Of a stretch of DNA of 64,000 nt, positions 45,556 to 54,608 are shown in pieces. The position numbers and the translations under genes are program-made. The DNA comes from Roseburia hominis. Lineage in GTDB: Bacteria > Bacillota_I > Bacilli_A > RFN20 > CAG-826. The notes beneath the pieces are model-generated. The model had not been told where the DNA came from. It worked only from the letters and a program-made list of their open reading frames with translations, and ran no database searches. Position 1 is the stretch's first letter. Each line of letters begins with the position of its first letter. The DNA lies in contig CAVIFQ010000003.1 in NCBI GenBank assembly GCA_963642055.1, forward strand, positions 1,205 to 65,204, written 5' to 3'.

Positions 45556-46614
45556 ATGCAAATCAAAGATGAAGAATTAAAAGTCAGGGGAAAAATCAAA
45601 AACTGGCTGTACGATCACCCTACCGTCAAGACCTGTTTGGAGTATTTCTGGATCTTAGTCGTGTCAACCGCAAGCGCCTTCGTTTTCGCTTTCGGATTCA
45701 ACTGTTTCATGGATGTGAGCGGTCATTTGATCACCGATTCAGCCGGCCACACGATGGCGGCTCCGAATATCGTATCTGGTGGCATCAGCGGCGTGAGCCA
45801 AGTCATTGTCCTCTTCTTTGAACTATGCGGATGGAAAATCAACGATACGCATTTGGCCTATTCCATTATCTATTTCGTCGTGAATGTGCCGCTTCTTATC
45901 CTCGCTTTCACCAAAATCGGCAAGCGTTTCGCCATCTTCAGCCTCATCAATGTAGCGGAAGTTTCCTTGTTCATCAGGATATTCAGCGTATCGGCCGTGC
46001 CAGCCTTTGGCGAAGTGTTTGAATTCGTGACGACTTATGGCGGCGGCTTGATCGGACGTGTCCTTTTTGGCGGAATCTGTATCGGCTTATCTAGCGCCTT
46101 AGCCTTTTCTATCGATATTTCAACGGGTGGAGTCGATATTATCGCAACTTATATCGCCACGAAGAAAAACACGGCGGTCGGTTTCTACAGTGCCGCCCTC
46201 AATACCGTCACCTTGGTTTGCTACACCCTTTTATCAATGTCTCTAGCCCACTGGGATTCAGTGGAAATCGCTCACGATATCGCCCGCGCTTTCTATAGTT
46301 TGCTCTATTTATTAACGGCTTCGCTTGTCATCGACAAAATCCATCTGCGAAACAAAAAAGTCAAGCTGGAGATTATCTCCTCGCATGAGGATATCGGGAA
46401 CGTCTTGATTGAGGCCTTTCCGCATGGAGCGACGATCGTTGAAGGAAAAGGCGTCTACTCTGGCAGCAAACGTTATGTCGTTACGATGGTTGTCTCCAAT
46501 AACGAGGTCAAGCCATTGCTTAATTTGATTAAGAAAGAAGACCCATCGGCCTTCGTTGAGCTTTCGCCTTTATCGCAGGTTTACGGCCGTTTCCACGTCA
46601 AACCAATCAAGTAG
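45556..46614 (+). CDS. YitT-family membrane protein (DUF161 repeats plus C-terminal DUF2179)
   Basis: Start taken at ATG 45556 (the track ORF begins at GTG 45502); 5-6 TM helices, C-terminal soluble domain VELSPLSQVYGRF. Confidence 0.7.
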   Translation: MQIKDEELKVRGKIKNWLYDHPTVKTCLEYFWILVVSTASAFVFAFGFNCFMDVSGHLITDSAGHTMAAPNIVSGGISGVSQVIVLFFELCGWKINDTHLAYSIIYFVVNVPLLILAFTKIGKRFAIFSLINVAEVSLFIRIFSVSAVPAFGEVFEFVTTYGGGLIGRVLFGGICIGLSSALAFSIDISTGGVDIIATYIATKKNTAVGFYSAALNTVTLVCYTLLSMSLAHWDSVEIAHDIARAFYSLLYLLTASLVIDKIHLRNKKVKLEIISSHEDIGNVLIEAFPHGATIVEGKGVYSGSKRYVVTMVVSNNEVKPLLNLIKKEDPSAFVELSPLSQVYGRFHVKPIK

Positions 46615-46616
46615 TC

Positions 46617-48104
46617 TTATATTTTTCCTCGATGCTTTTTGCAGAGGTAAATTGTATTTCCGTTCCCTAATTTCGTGATTTCGGCTGGCTCGCCGGAATA
46701 TAGTTTCTTTTTGCCGCACAGATAGCAGTGCCAATGCTTTGGATAAGCTAGTTCTGGTTTAGCGTTCTCTTCTTCACTTGGGGTATCTTCTGCGATTGCA
46801 TAATCATCGCCGCTCATATCTTCATCTAGGGCATCAAAGAAAAAACCGTCTTCGTCGATTTGGAAATCGAATTCATCATCGGCGTCATTGCTATTTTCTG
46901 GCAAAATCGGCGCAAAAGTCGCCACTTTCGATTTGACTGGCCTGATGTAGGAGGAATGGGGGCGATCGTCGATTTCATCTTCGTCGATGTTTTCGTAGGC
47001 CCCAGTTGGCATTTCCTTATTGAAGGATGCCACTTTCGATTTGACTCTCTTTATTCCTAAATCATCATCTGCTTCTTCGACGTTTCGGTTCTTTTTGACG
47101 ATGAAGGCTATATCGATCTTGCCTTTGTTTTGATTATCGGTGTAAAGGACGTGATCGGGGTAGCGGCTTTCGATTTCTCTAGCGAAAGATTCATCGACCG
47201 TATTAGCCAAAAGGATGAGCCAATTGTCATTAGAGAGGCGGCATCCGTTTTGTCTGGTTCTTCGGAGCAATAAATCCAAGCAGGAATTTTTCGAATCGTA
47301 GGATATGACGAACTCTTTAGGAGCGAATCTGACGTGCTTGAGTTTAGGGGCGCTCATCGTCTTCTTTTTGGAAAGGCGGCTCTCGTAAGCTTTCTGCAGT
47401 TCCAGCAAAATGGCTTTCTCATACTCAGCTCCATCGACCGGACGTTGGGCTTTTGGCTTAGCCTTTGCCGCGCTTTCTTCTTTTTTCGAGAAATCGGGCG
47501 TAGGGAAAGAGGCTATTTTTACTTTGGGTTTGCGCACTTCCAAAGGATCAATCGTCTTCACTTCCTTAGCCTTCGGGGCTACTTTCTCGATTCGCGGTTG
47601 CTCTTCCTTTGCCTCTTCTTTTGCTGGAAGCGCCTCGTTTTCTTTTGTTTTTGTTTCAACTTGAACCTCTTTCTTGCTCAAGCTGTCTCTATCTTCTTTC
47701 GGCAAAAAGTAAAACAGCTTTATGAACCATGGGGTGAAATAGTTTTTCTCGAGGATGGCTTGGAGCTCATCTTGCGGGAACGGCACGTTATCTTTGGCGA
47801 CGAGCTCTTTGATGGTTGGGCTAATGAGGGGCTCTACATCCATATTCTTGAAAGTAGGGCTCTCTTTCGTCTTCGCTCCATCGATCAAGCGAACGAAAGA
47901 ATAGTTTAGATGAACGAGTAAATAGGTGTTTTCGGCGATGCGGAAAATAGAGCGTTCCTCATCGATATCAGCCACTTTCATCCTAAGATAGCCGCTGGCT
48001 GTCGAAAGAATGGCTTGGGAGTTCCAAAGAACTTGCCCCCTTTCCTTGAAAGGCAATGATGAGACGAAGTCGATATATGGTTTGGTCAATTCGTAATGAA
48101 GCAT
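46617..48104 (-). CDS. hypothetical protein with internal repeats and a C-terminal zinc-ribbon-like motif
   Basis: 495 aa; RBS gaggga; Lys-rich low-complexity middle; repeated I(K/R)(R/P)VKSKVA(S/T)F; C-terminus HWHCYLCGKKK...YLCKKHRG; divergent from the giant helicase gene. Confidence 0.55.
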   Translation of the reverse strand: MLHYELTKPYIDFVSSLPFKERGQVLWNSQAILSTASGYLRMKVADIDEERSIFRIAENTYLLVHLNYSFVRLIDGAKTKESPTFKNMDVEPLISPTIKELVAKDNVPFPQDELQAILEKNYFTPWFIKLFYFLPKEDRDSLSKKEVQVETKTKENEALPAKEEAKEEQPRIEKVAPKAKEVKTIDPLEVRKPKVKIASFPTPDFSKKEESAAKAKPKAQRPVDGAEYEKAILLELQKAYESRLSKKKTMSAPKLKHVRFAPKEFVISYDSKNSCLDLLLRRTRQNGCRLSNDNWLILLANTVDESFAREIESRYPDHVLYTDNQNKGKIDIAFIVKKNRNVEEADDDLGIKRVKSKVASFNKEMPTGAYENIDEDEIDDRPHSSYIRPVKSKVATFAPILPENSNDADDEFDFQIDEDGFFFDALDEDMSGDDYAIAEDTPSEEENAKPELAYPKHWHCYLCGKKKLYSGEPAEITKLGNGNTIYLCKKHRGKI

Positions 48105-48234
48105 AAAAAATCCCTCGTTATTTTACCCTTATTCCGCGGATTGATAAATAAGCTAGAAGCATATAGAAAAGAACCCAAAAAAATGCGAATTTGCCTTAGT
48201 CTAATAAGCGCGTTCAACTATAATATATGCGCTT

Positions 48235-51200
48235 ATGGGAAAAGAACTTTCATCTCTATCGAATTTAGACATCGGAATCGAGATTTCCCCGACTTGGAAT
48301 TACGCCTCTTACCAAGCCGATTTCTTCGCGAAGAGAGAAAACGGAAGCACGCGCAGCACTTCCTTTTCCTTTATAAAAAGAGTTACGGCTACCAATAAAG
48401 GCGGATCTTCCCTCCGCGATTGCGCCCTGCGCTTTTCTATTTTCCCGGCTTATTGCTCCATCGATCCCATCAAAATCGATTTCCTTGAGCAAGGCAAAAA
48501 GACGGAGATAGACCATTTTGTCGGCGAAATCGAATTTGCTTCTCTATACGCTTTATCTACCTCTCTTCCTGGCGAACTCATCGTCGATTTGGTGAATGGG
48601 AATGGTGATATCATCGCGAGCAAGAAAGCCACTTTCTCTTTTGATAACATCTCAAGCGCCCTATATTCAAGCGGAGTCCGTGAACTCCTTGCTTCTTACG
48701 TTACTCCAGACGATAAGAGCCTACAGCCGATAAAGGAAGAAGCCGGTTTGCTTTTGAAAGATAAATACGACTCCTCTTTCGCCGGCTATTCATACCGCGA
48801 TCCGAATAAGGTCATTGAAGAGATTGACGCTCTTTATCTAGCCCTTTCCAATGAGAAAATCTCTTTATCAGCCAGTTCGTCCTCGCCGATAATGTGCCTT
48901 AAAAATATCGACCTTCCTTGGCAAATATTGGACAAAAAAGAGGCGAATTGCGTGGATTTTGCGATTTTGTTCGCTTCTTTAATCGAAATGGCCGCGCTTC
49001 GTCCGCTTATCGTTTTCACAGGTGAGAAGGCTTTAGTAGGCGTCTATCTGGACGAGTCGATTTCCTCTTCTCCGCTTCTAGATAACGACACCGAATTATT
49101 GAATCTTGCCTCCAAAGGCTTCAACCGTCTTATCCTCATCGACCCCGTTTATGCCTCAAAAGAGAAGAATGCGGATTTCTCCTACGCCGTGAATGAAGGC
49201 TATCTTGCGCTTCAGAACAACCATTCCTTTTTATATGGCGTGGATATTTTCGCTTCCAGGAAAGAGCATATCCTGCCCTTGCCAACGCCGATAAAGGCGG
49301 AAGATACCTCGAAAATCGAATTCCCGGATTTTTCCGCGAAGAAAGATTATTCGATGCCGCGCGTTGAAGTCGAAAACCGCCGTTATCTTGATTCCGAGGC
49401 TCCTTCCAAAAAGAACAAATTCGATTATTGGGAGGAAAAGCTGCTCGACCTTTCAATGAACAACCGCCTTATCAATATGCGGTTCTCGAATCTTTTCCCG
49501 CAGGTTCTGAATCTTGATTCCGAGGCGCTTCTTTCAACTCTATCGAAAACAAATAAAGTTTCGGCCATATCCTCGATCGATGTTTCACCGATCAAAGAGG
49601 AACGCAATACGCCGGCGAATTTCTCCAATGCCGATAAATCGCGCTTCAATGAATATTTGGGTAAGAAGACTTTGTGCTTTGTTTCCAAAGAAGGGTCGCC
49701 TGATGATTATTTGAAGAGCCTTGCCCGTAAAGCGAATACCGCGATTGAGGAAAGCGGGTGCAATCCGCTTTTCTTAACGATCGGTTTGATCAAATGGTTC
49801 GATAATGAGAAAGCGGCAGCGCACGGGAAAGGCGCGCTTTATTCTCCGCTCTTCCTTTTGCCAGTGAAGATACCAAGAAGAAAGACCGGATCATCCTTCA
49901 GTTTGGAATACAACATTGATGATCTCGGCTTGAATACGACCATTTTTGAGTATTTCCGCGAGAACTTCGATTTGGATTTTTCGCCAGTCTTCGGCGAATT
50001 TGCCAAAACTAGCAAAAATGAGCCTGACATCCGTTTGATCTTCAATTTCATCCGTGAGCGAATTGCTTCCTTCAAAGGATGGGCCGTGCTTGAAGAGCCA
50101 TGCTCCGTGTCTTTATTCTCTTTTGCCCGCTTCGTGATGTGGAACGATATAAAGACGCACCGCGAGAAGATGATGCAGAATCCTCTTATCTCTTCTTTCG
50201 TCGATGGCTTCAATGAACTTGAAACCCAAAACGCTGATTCGGATAAGAAAACCGGCGATGAGGCCCCTTCTTCTTCTTTAGCCATTCCTCTCCCCGCCGA
50301 TTCAAGCCAAATCGATGCGATAAGAGAAAGCGCGAATGGCGTTTCCTTCATATTGGACGGTCCGCCAGGGACAGGGAAAAGCCAAACGATCGCGAATATG
50401 ATCACCAATGCCCTATACCACGGCAAGAGCGTTCTTTTCGTCGCTGAAAAAGGAGTGGCTCTCGAAGTCGTCAAAAAGAGATTGGACGCTTTAGGAATCG
50501 GCAAATTCTGTTTGACTATTCCCTCTATCAATACCGCAAAGAGCGAAGTCCTTTCCTCTTTAGGGGAAATGCTTGAGCTTGGGCAAGTCGAAAGCCCACA
50601 GGATTTTGAGACGCAGTCATCGTCAGTCGATGAGAAAAGAAACAAACTCAACGATGACTTATACGCGCTTCATCAAAAAGGAGCTTATGTTTTCTCTCCG
50701 TACGAAGCCATCATCAATTATCTGAGACTTGCTGAATATAAAGGGGCATATGAGACAAGCAAGGATTACGCTGCCTCTTTGACGACGACCGACTTTGAAT
50801 CGGCTCAGAAGGAACTCACGAATCTCAGCATGCAAGCTTCCGCTCTCGGCGGATATTACGGCAATTCCTTTTTGCCATTCTCTTCGCGCGAATATTCAAT
50901 CGAAGCCCGTGACTCCTTATTCGAGAAAATCCCTTCTTTGATCGCTGACCTCAAAGCCTTCCATATCGCCGTCTATAACTGTTTTTTCAAAGATAAAGGT
51001 TTAGCGGAAACTAGAGACAACGTTGACCTATATTATGAAATCGTCAAGCTTTTGCAGGGTAATTCGCTCCTTTTCCTCGATTATCTGAGTGATGAGACTT
51101 TCGTGCAAAAGAAGCAGGAAATGCAAGGATATTTGCTTTTGCTCGGCCAAAAATTCAAAATCAAGGAAGAGCTCTCCGAATTGTGGGAAGAGGGATTCTT

Positions 51201-54099
51201 CAAGGAAAGCGGGGAGACGCTTCTTGCCAAAAAAAGAGCAACCAAGCGGGCCAGCTTATTCGAGAAGCATCGCTTATTGATCTCGCTTAAAAAGAGCTTG
51301 AAGCCACTTGCGAAAGACAAGCGAGCCTTGAAAAAAGGAACGCTGGAGAAATCGCTCGAGAAGCTGATTGAATATCGTCACCTTGAAGAAGACGCCGAGC
51401 ATTTTGATCCCTACGTGAGATACGTTTTCTCAAAATCCCACATCAGCTCCTCTCTTGATATCGAAAACGAAATTGCTAGATATGACCGCACCTTGAAAAT
51501 CATCGATATCAAAAACGGTTTCCGTTTAGAGAAACAAGCAACGATGACTGATATTGACGATGCGATTCGTCATCTTTCCGTGAACCGGGAATATCTTTTC
51601 GCTAAAGCCAGAATGACGTTCATCTCGCAATATGATGCTCTTAAAGAGAAACTTGGCGAATTGAAAGAAAAATTTGGCTTTGATCTCTCAAATTACGAGG
51701 ACTGCTTTGATTTCTATCTCCATGTCTCTTCTTCTTTGACCGATGCTTATTCCAGCAAAGGCAAGCTTTCGGAATGGACGAACCTCTTGTTCACTTTAGA
51801 TCGTGTTTCGAAACTGGCGCCGGAAGAATTAGTCGATTCGTACCGCAACGGCAAAATCAAAGAAGACGCCCTTCTTTCATCCTACATCTGCTCCCTTTCC
51901 TATCGGATACTTTCCGATTCGTTGAGCGAAAAAGGCTTATCGACCATAAACGCGAAAGACACCAAAGAGGAAATCGCTTCTTATAAGAAAGCCATCGATG
52001 ATTTTTCAAAGACGAGCATCGTCGAGACCGTCTCTAGAATCACGAGCCTATATCCTTCTTCGAGCGCAAGCGCGCCTTCCACGACGATTTATCAGTTCAG
52101 AAAACTCATCAAAAACGGTGGACGCGGCGTCTCGCTCCGTCAGATTTTCGATCATTTCGGAACGCTTGTGCGGACTCTCTGCCCTTGCTTTTTGATGTCG
52201 CCAGCCTCCGTTGCCCAATATCTTGATATCGATTCCTACAATTTCGACTTGGTCATTTTCGATGAGGCCAGCCAAATCCCCACAAGCGAAGCCGTCGGAG
52301 CGATCGCTCGAGGCAAAACCACGATCATCGCCGGTGACCAAGAGCAGATGCCGCCATCCAATTTCTTCATGGCGAGCGGTGGTCATTCTTCTGATCCGTC
52401 ATTACTATCCAGCATGACGGAGGATTTGGAGAGTTTGCTCGATGATGCCATCGCTTTAGGACTTCCGCGGAAGCGTCTTACCTGGCATTACCGTAGCCGT
52501 CATGAGTCGCTCATCGCTTTCTCGAACAATAAATTCTACGCGAATAGCCTTATTACTTTCCCTTCGCCCGCCAACGAGAAGGCCTCAGTATCGAGCGTTT
52601 ATGTAGGCGGCAAATACGAAATGAAGCGGGGCGTCAATAGGAAAGAGGCGACTGCGATCGTCGAAGAGATAATAAGAAGATCGGCTGATCCGGTTTTATC
52701 CAACTATTCGATTGGCGTTGTCACTTTCAATGAAGCTCAGCAAAACCTCATCGAGGATCTTTTGGATAAGAAACTGCCATATGGAGAAGGGCACAAACTC
52801 GGTGGAGAGGACATTTTCGTGAAGAATCTCGAGAATGTGCAGGGTGATGAGCGCGATGTCATTCTTTTCTCGACTACCTATGCACCGAAAGAAGACGGCA
52901 AACTCTCGCTCAACTTCGGGCCTTTAAGTCGCGAAAAAGGCGAGAGAAGACTTAATGTTGCAATCACTAGGGCTAGAGAAGAGATGATTGTTTTCACCTC
53001 GATGAAGCCAACCGATATCGATGCTGAAAAAGCGAAAAACGCCGGAGCTTCTTATTTACGGAGCTTCTTGCTCTTCGCGGAGACTGGCCTTTCATCCCTA
53101 CCGAATAACATCGCTAGCCGTATCTCTTTGCCGTCAGTAAGCGTTGCCGATTTCATCGCGAAAGATTTGAAGAAACTCGGTTATCGCGCGGAAACAAATA
53201 TTGGCTCCTCTTCCTTTAAAGTCGATGTCGCCGTTGGCGATAACGGCGATAAAAACCATTATTCGCTAGGCGTTTTGGTGGACGGCGATTCCTATTGCTC
53301 TTCCCCAACGTGCCGCGACCGCAATATCGTTGAGCCGGGCATTTTAGCTAATCTAGGCTGGAACTTGTATTGGGTTTGGAGCGTTGAATATCTCGACCAT
53401 CCGCAAGAAGTCATCAAGAACATCGTGAACGCCATCAATAATTCCGACGGCAATCGGAAAATTGCTAGAGAAGGCGATTCTTTATTTGATGACCCTATCA
53501 CTTTCGCGAAGAAAGAAGTCGTTTCTCATCCTTATGCCATACCTTATAGTAGAAGAAAACTTTCTCCGATGATTCCTGAAGATTTCTCGAATAAGGCCAC
53601 ATCAGCGAGAATGCTTGGGGCTTTCATTGCCGACGTGCTTCACGATGAGACGCCGATTTCGGAGAAACTTCTCAATGAACGCATCAAAGACGCTTATGGT
53701 TTAAGCCGCATCGGATCAAACGTCCGCGATGTCATCAATATGGCTCTCAACATAAATGAGCCGAATAAAGAGATCAGAGGCGGAACCATCTTTTATTGGG
53801 ACAGAGAAAGGAAGATGGAAGAGTATCGTTATTACAGGTTGAATAACGAGGAGAATCAACGCGAAATCACCGATATCTCCTTTATAGAGCTCGGGAATGC
53901 GATTGCTGATATCTTGCTAGAACAAGGAAAAATGACGACAATCGATCTCTGCAAACAAGTGAATTCCTTGTTCGGGTTCTCCACCTTGAAAGAAAAATCC
54001 CGGAAACATCTAGAACTCGCATTGAAAGCCAACGCCAATCAAAGGCTCGGCATAACGATTGAAGACGGCTACGCCTCAATAAAAAACAAAGGACAATAA
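48235..54099 (+). CDS. giant SF1 (Upf1/DNA2-like) helicase with N-terminal DUF4011-like region, Vsr/DUF559-like endonuclease fold and DUF3320-like tail (Hhe-type single-gene defence architecture)
   Basis: Continuous 1954-aa ORF; Walker A GPPGTGKSQTI (about aa 706), Walker B VIFDEASQIP (about aa 1341), GDQEQMPP, motif VI LNVAITRAREEMIVFTS, then LGVLVDGDSY...GWNLYWVWSVEY (Vsr/DUF559-like) and a C-terminal RIKDAYGLSRIGSNV tail. Confidence 0.75.
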   Translation: MGKELSSLSNLDIGIEISPTWNYASYQADFFAKRENGSTRSTSFSFIKRVTATNKGGSSLRDCALRFSIFPAYCSIDPIKIDFLEQGKKTEIDHFVGEIEFASLYALSTSLPGELIVDLVNGNGDIIASKKATFSFDNISSALYSSGVRELLASYVTPDDKSLQPIKEEAGLLLKDKYDSSFAGYSYRDPNKVIEEIDALYLALSNEKISLSASSSSPIMCLKNIDLPWQILDKKEANCVDFAILFASLIEMAALRPLIVFTGEKALVGVYLDESISSSPLLDNDTELLNLASKGFNRLILIDPVYASKEKNADFSYAVNEGYLALQNNHSFLYGVDIFASRKEHILPLPTPIKAEDTSKIEFPDFSAKKDYSMPRVEVENRRYLDSEAPSKKNKFDYWEEKLLDLSMNNRLINMRFSNLFPQVLNLDSEALLSTLSKTNKVSAISSIDVSPIKEERNTPANFSNADKSRFNEYLGKKTLCFVSKEGSPDDYLKSLARKANTAIEESGCNPLFLTIGLIKWFDNEKAAAHGKGALYSPLFLLPVKIPRRKTGSSFSLEYNIDDLGLNTTIFEYFRENFDLDFSPVFGEFAKTSKNEPDIRLIFNFIRERIASFKGWAVLEEPCSVSLFSFARFVMWNDIKTHREKMMQNPLISSFVDGFNELETQNADSDKKTGDEAPSSSLAIPLPADSSQIDAIRESANGVSFILDGPPGTGKSQTIANMITNALYHGKSVLFVAEKGVALEVVKKRLDALGIGKFCLTIPSINTAKSEVLSSLGEMLELGQVESPQDFETQSSSVDEKRNKLNDDLYALHQKGAYVFSPYEAIINYLRLAEYKGAYETSKDYAASLTTTDFESAQKELTNLSMQASALGGYYGNSFLPFSSREYSIEARDSLFEKIPSLIADLKAFHIAVYNCFFKDKGLAETRDNVDLYYEIVKLLQGNSLLFLDYLSDETFVQKKQEMQGYLLLLGQKFKIKEELSELWEEGFFKESGETLLAKKRATKRASLFEKHRLLISLKKSLKPLAKDKRALKKGTLEKSLEKLIEYRHLEEDAEHFDPYVRYVFSKSHISSSLDIENEIARYDRTLKIIDIKNGFRLEKQATMTDIDDAIRHLSVNREYLFAKARMTFISQYDALKEKLGELKEKFGFDLSNYEDCFDFYLHVSSSLTDAYSSKGKLSEWTNLLFTLDRVSKLAPEELVDSYRNGKIKEDALLSSYICSLSYRILSDSLSEKGLSTINAKDTKEEIASYKKAIDDFSKTSIVETVSRITSLYPSSSASAPSTTIYQFRKLIKNGGRGVSLRQIFDHFGTLVRTLCPCFLMSPASVAQYLDIDSYNFDLVIFDEASQIPTSEAVGAIARGKTTIIAGDQEQMPPSNFFMASGGHSSDPSLLSSMTEDLESLLDDAIALGLPRKRLTWHYRSRHESLIAFSNNKFYANSLITFPSPANEKASVSSVYVGGKYEMKRGVNRKEATAIVEEIIRRSADPVLSNYSIGVVTFNEAQQNLIEDLLDKKLPYGEGHKLGGEDIFVKNLENVQGDERDVILFSTTYAPKEDGKLSLNFGPLSREKGERRLNVAITRAREEMIVFTSMKPTDIDAEKAKNAGASYLRSFLLFAETGLSSLPNNIASRISLPSVSVADFIAKDLKKLGYRAETNIGSSSFKVDVAVGDNGDKNHYSLGVLVDGDSYCSSPTCRDRNIVEPGILANLGWNLYWVWSVEYLDHPQEVIKNIVNAINNSDGNRKIAREGDSLFDDPITFAKKEVVSHPYAIPYSRRKLSPMIPEDFSNKATSARMLGAFIADVLHDETPISEKLLNERIKDAYGLSRIGSNVRDVINMALNINEPNKEIRGGTIFYWDRERKMEEYRYYRLNNEENQREITDISFIELGNAIADILLEQGKMTTIDLCKQVNSLFGFSTLKEKSRKHLELALKANANQRLGITIEDGYASIKNKGQ

Positions 54100-54101
54100 A
54101 T

Positions 54102-54608
54102 ATGAGCAACAACTGGTTTGAAATACGTTCGAAATCCAATCCTAAGCAAATTCTAAGCCACAGCGATAATGATGAATTCCTCTTCGTCTCTCATTTTGTC
54201 GCTTCTCCTTTCGGGGAAGAGGAAAAAGAGGAAAATGAATGGATAAGTTCCTCAAAAAGCGAACTATTTGCTTACTTCAAAGAAATCGTTTTAAGGGAAA
54301 TGCTATTTGAGGATTATGTGAATGGCGATGCTGTGCCAGAGCTTCAGAAGCATGATTTCTCTACTATCCTTGGCCTATTGATTGAAGGCGCGGAAAAAGG
54401 CGAGCTCGATGATTGGCATGATGGGCTGAAGACGCTTTTGGAGATTCGTGACTGGAGCGAAAAAGACGACGCGGATTACGCTGAGCTAGAAAAAATATTG
54501 CGCAAACACGACCTTAATCTCCATGTTGAACATTTCTCTTCTTTGGAAGAAGCGAAAAGGTGCGGTGGAGCAAAAAGAGCGTTACTTGATGAGTTTTTGG
54601 GCCGCTAA
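54102..54608 (+). CDS. hypothetical acidic protein coupled to the giant helicase gene
   Basis: 168 aa; starts 3 nt after the helicase stop with its own RBS aaagga; pI clearly acidic; no family recognised. Confidence 0.5.
   Translation: MSNNWFEIRSKSNPKQILSHSDNDEFLFVSHFVASPFGEEEKEENEWISSSKSELFAYFKEIVLREMLFEDYVNGDAVPELQKHDFSTILGLLIEGAEKGELDDWHDGLKTLLEIRDWSEKDDADYAELEKILRKHDLNLHVEHFSSLEEAKRCGGAKRALLDEFLGR

Noticed and set aside
48235-54099. Possibility that the 5.9-kb ORF is two fused or frameshifted genes
   Set aside because: The reading frame is continuous, with motifs in the expected N-to-C order for a single helicase-nuclease polypeptide. No internal SD-ATG pattern suggests a split.
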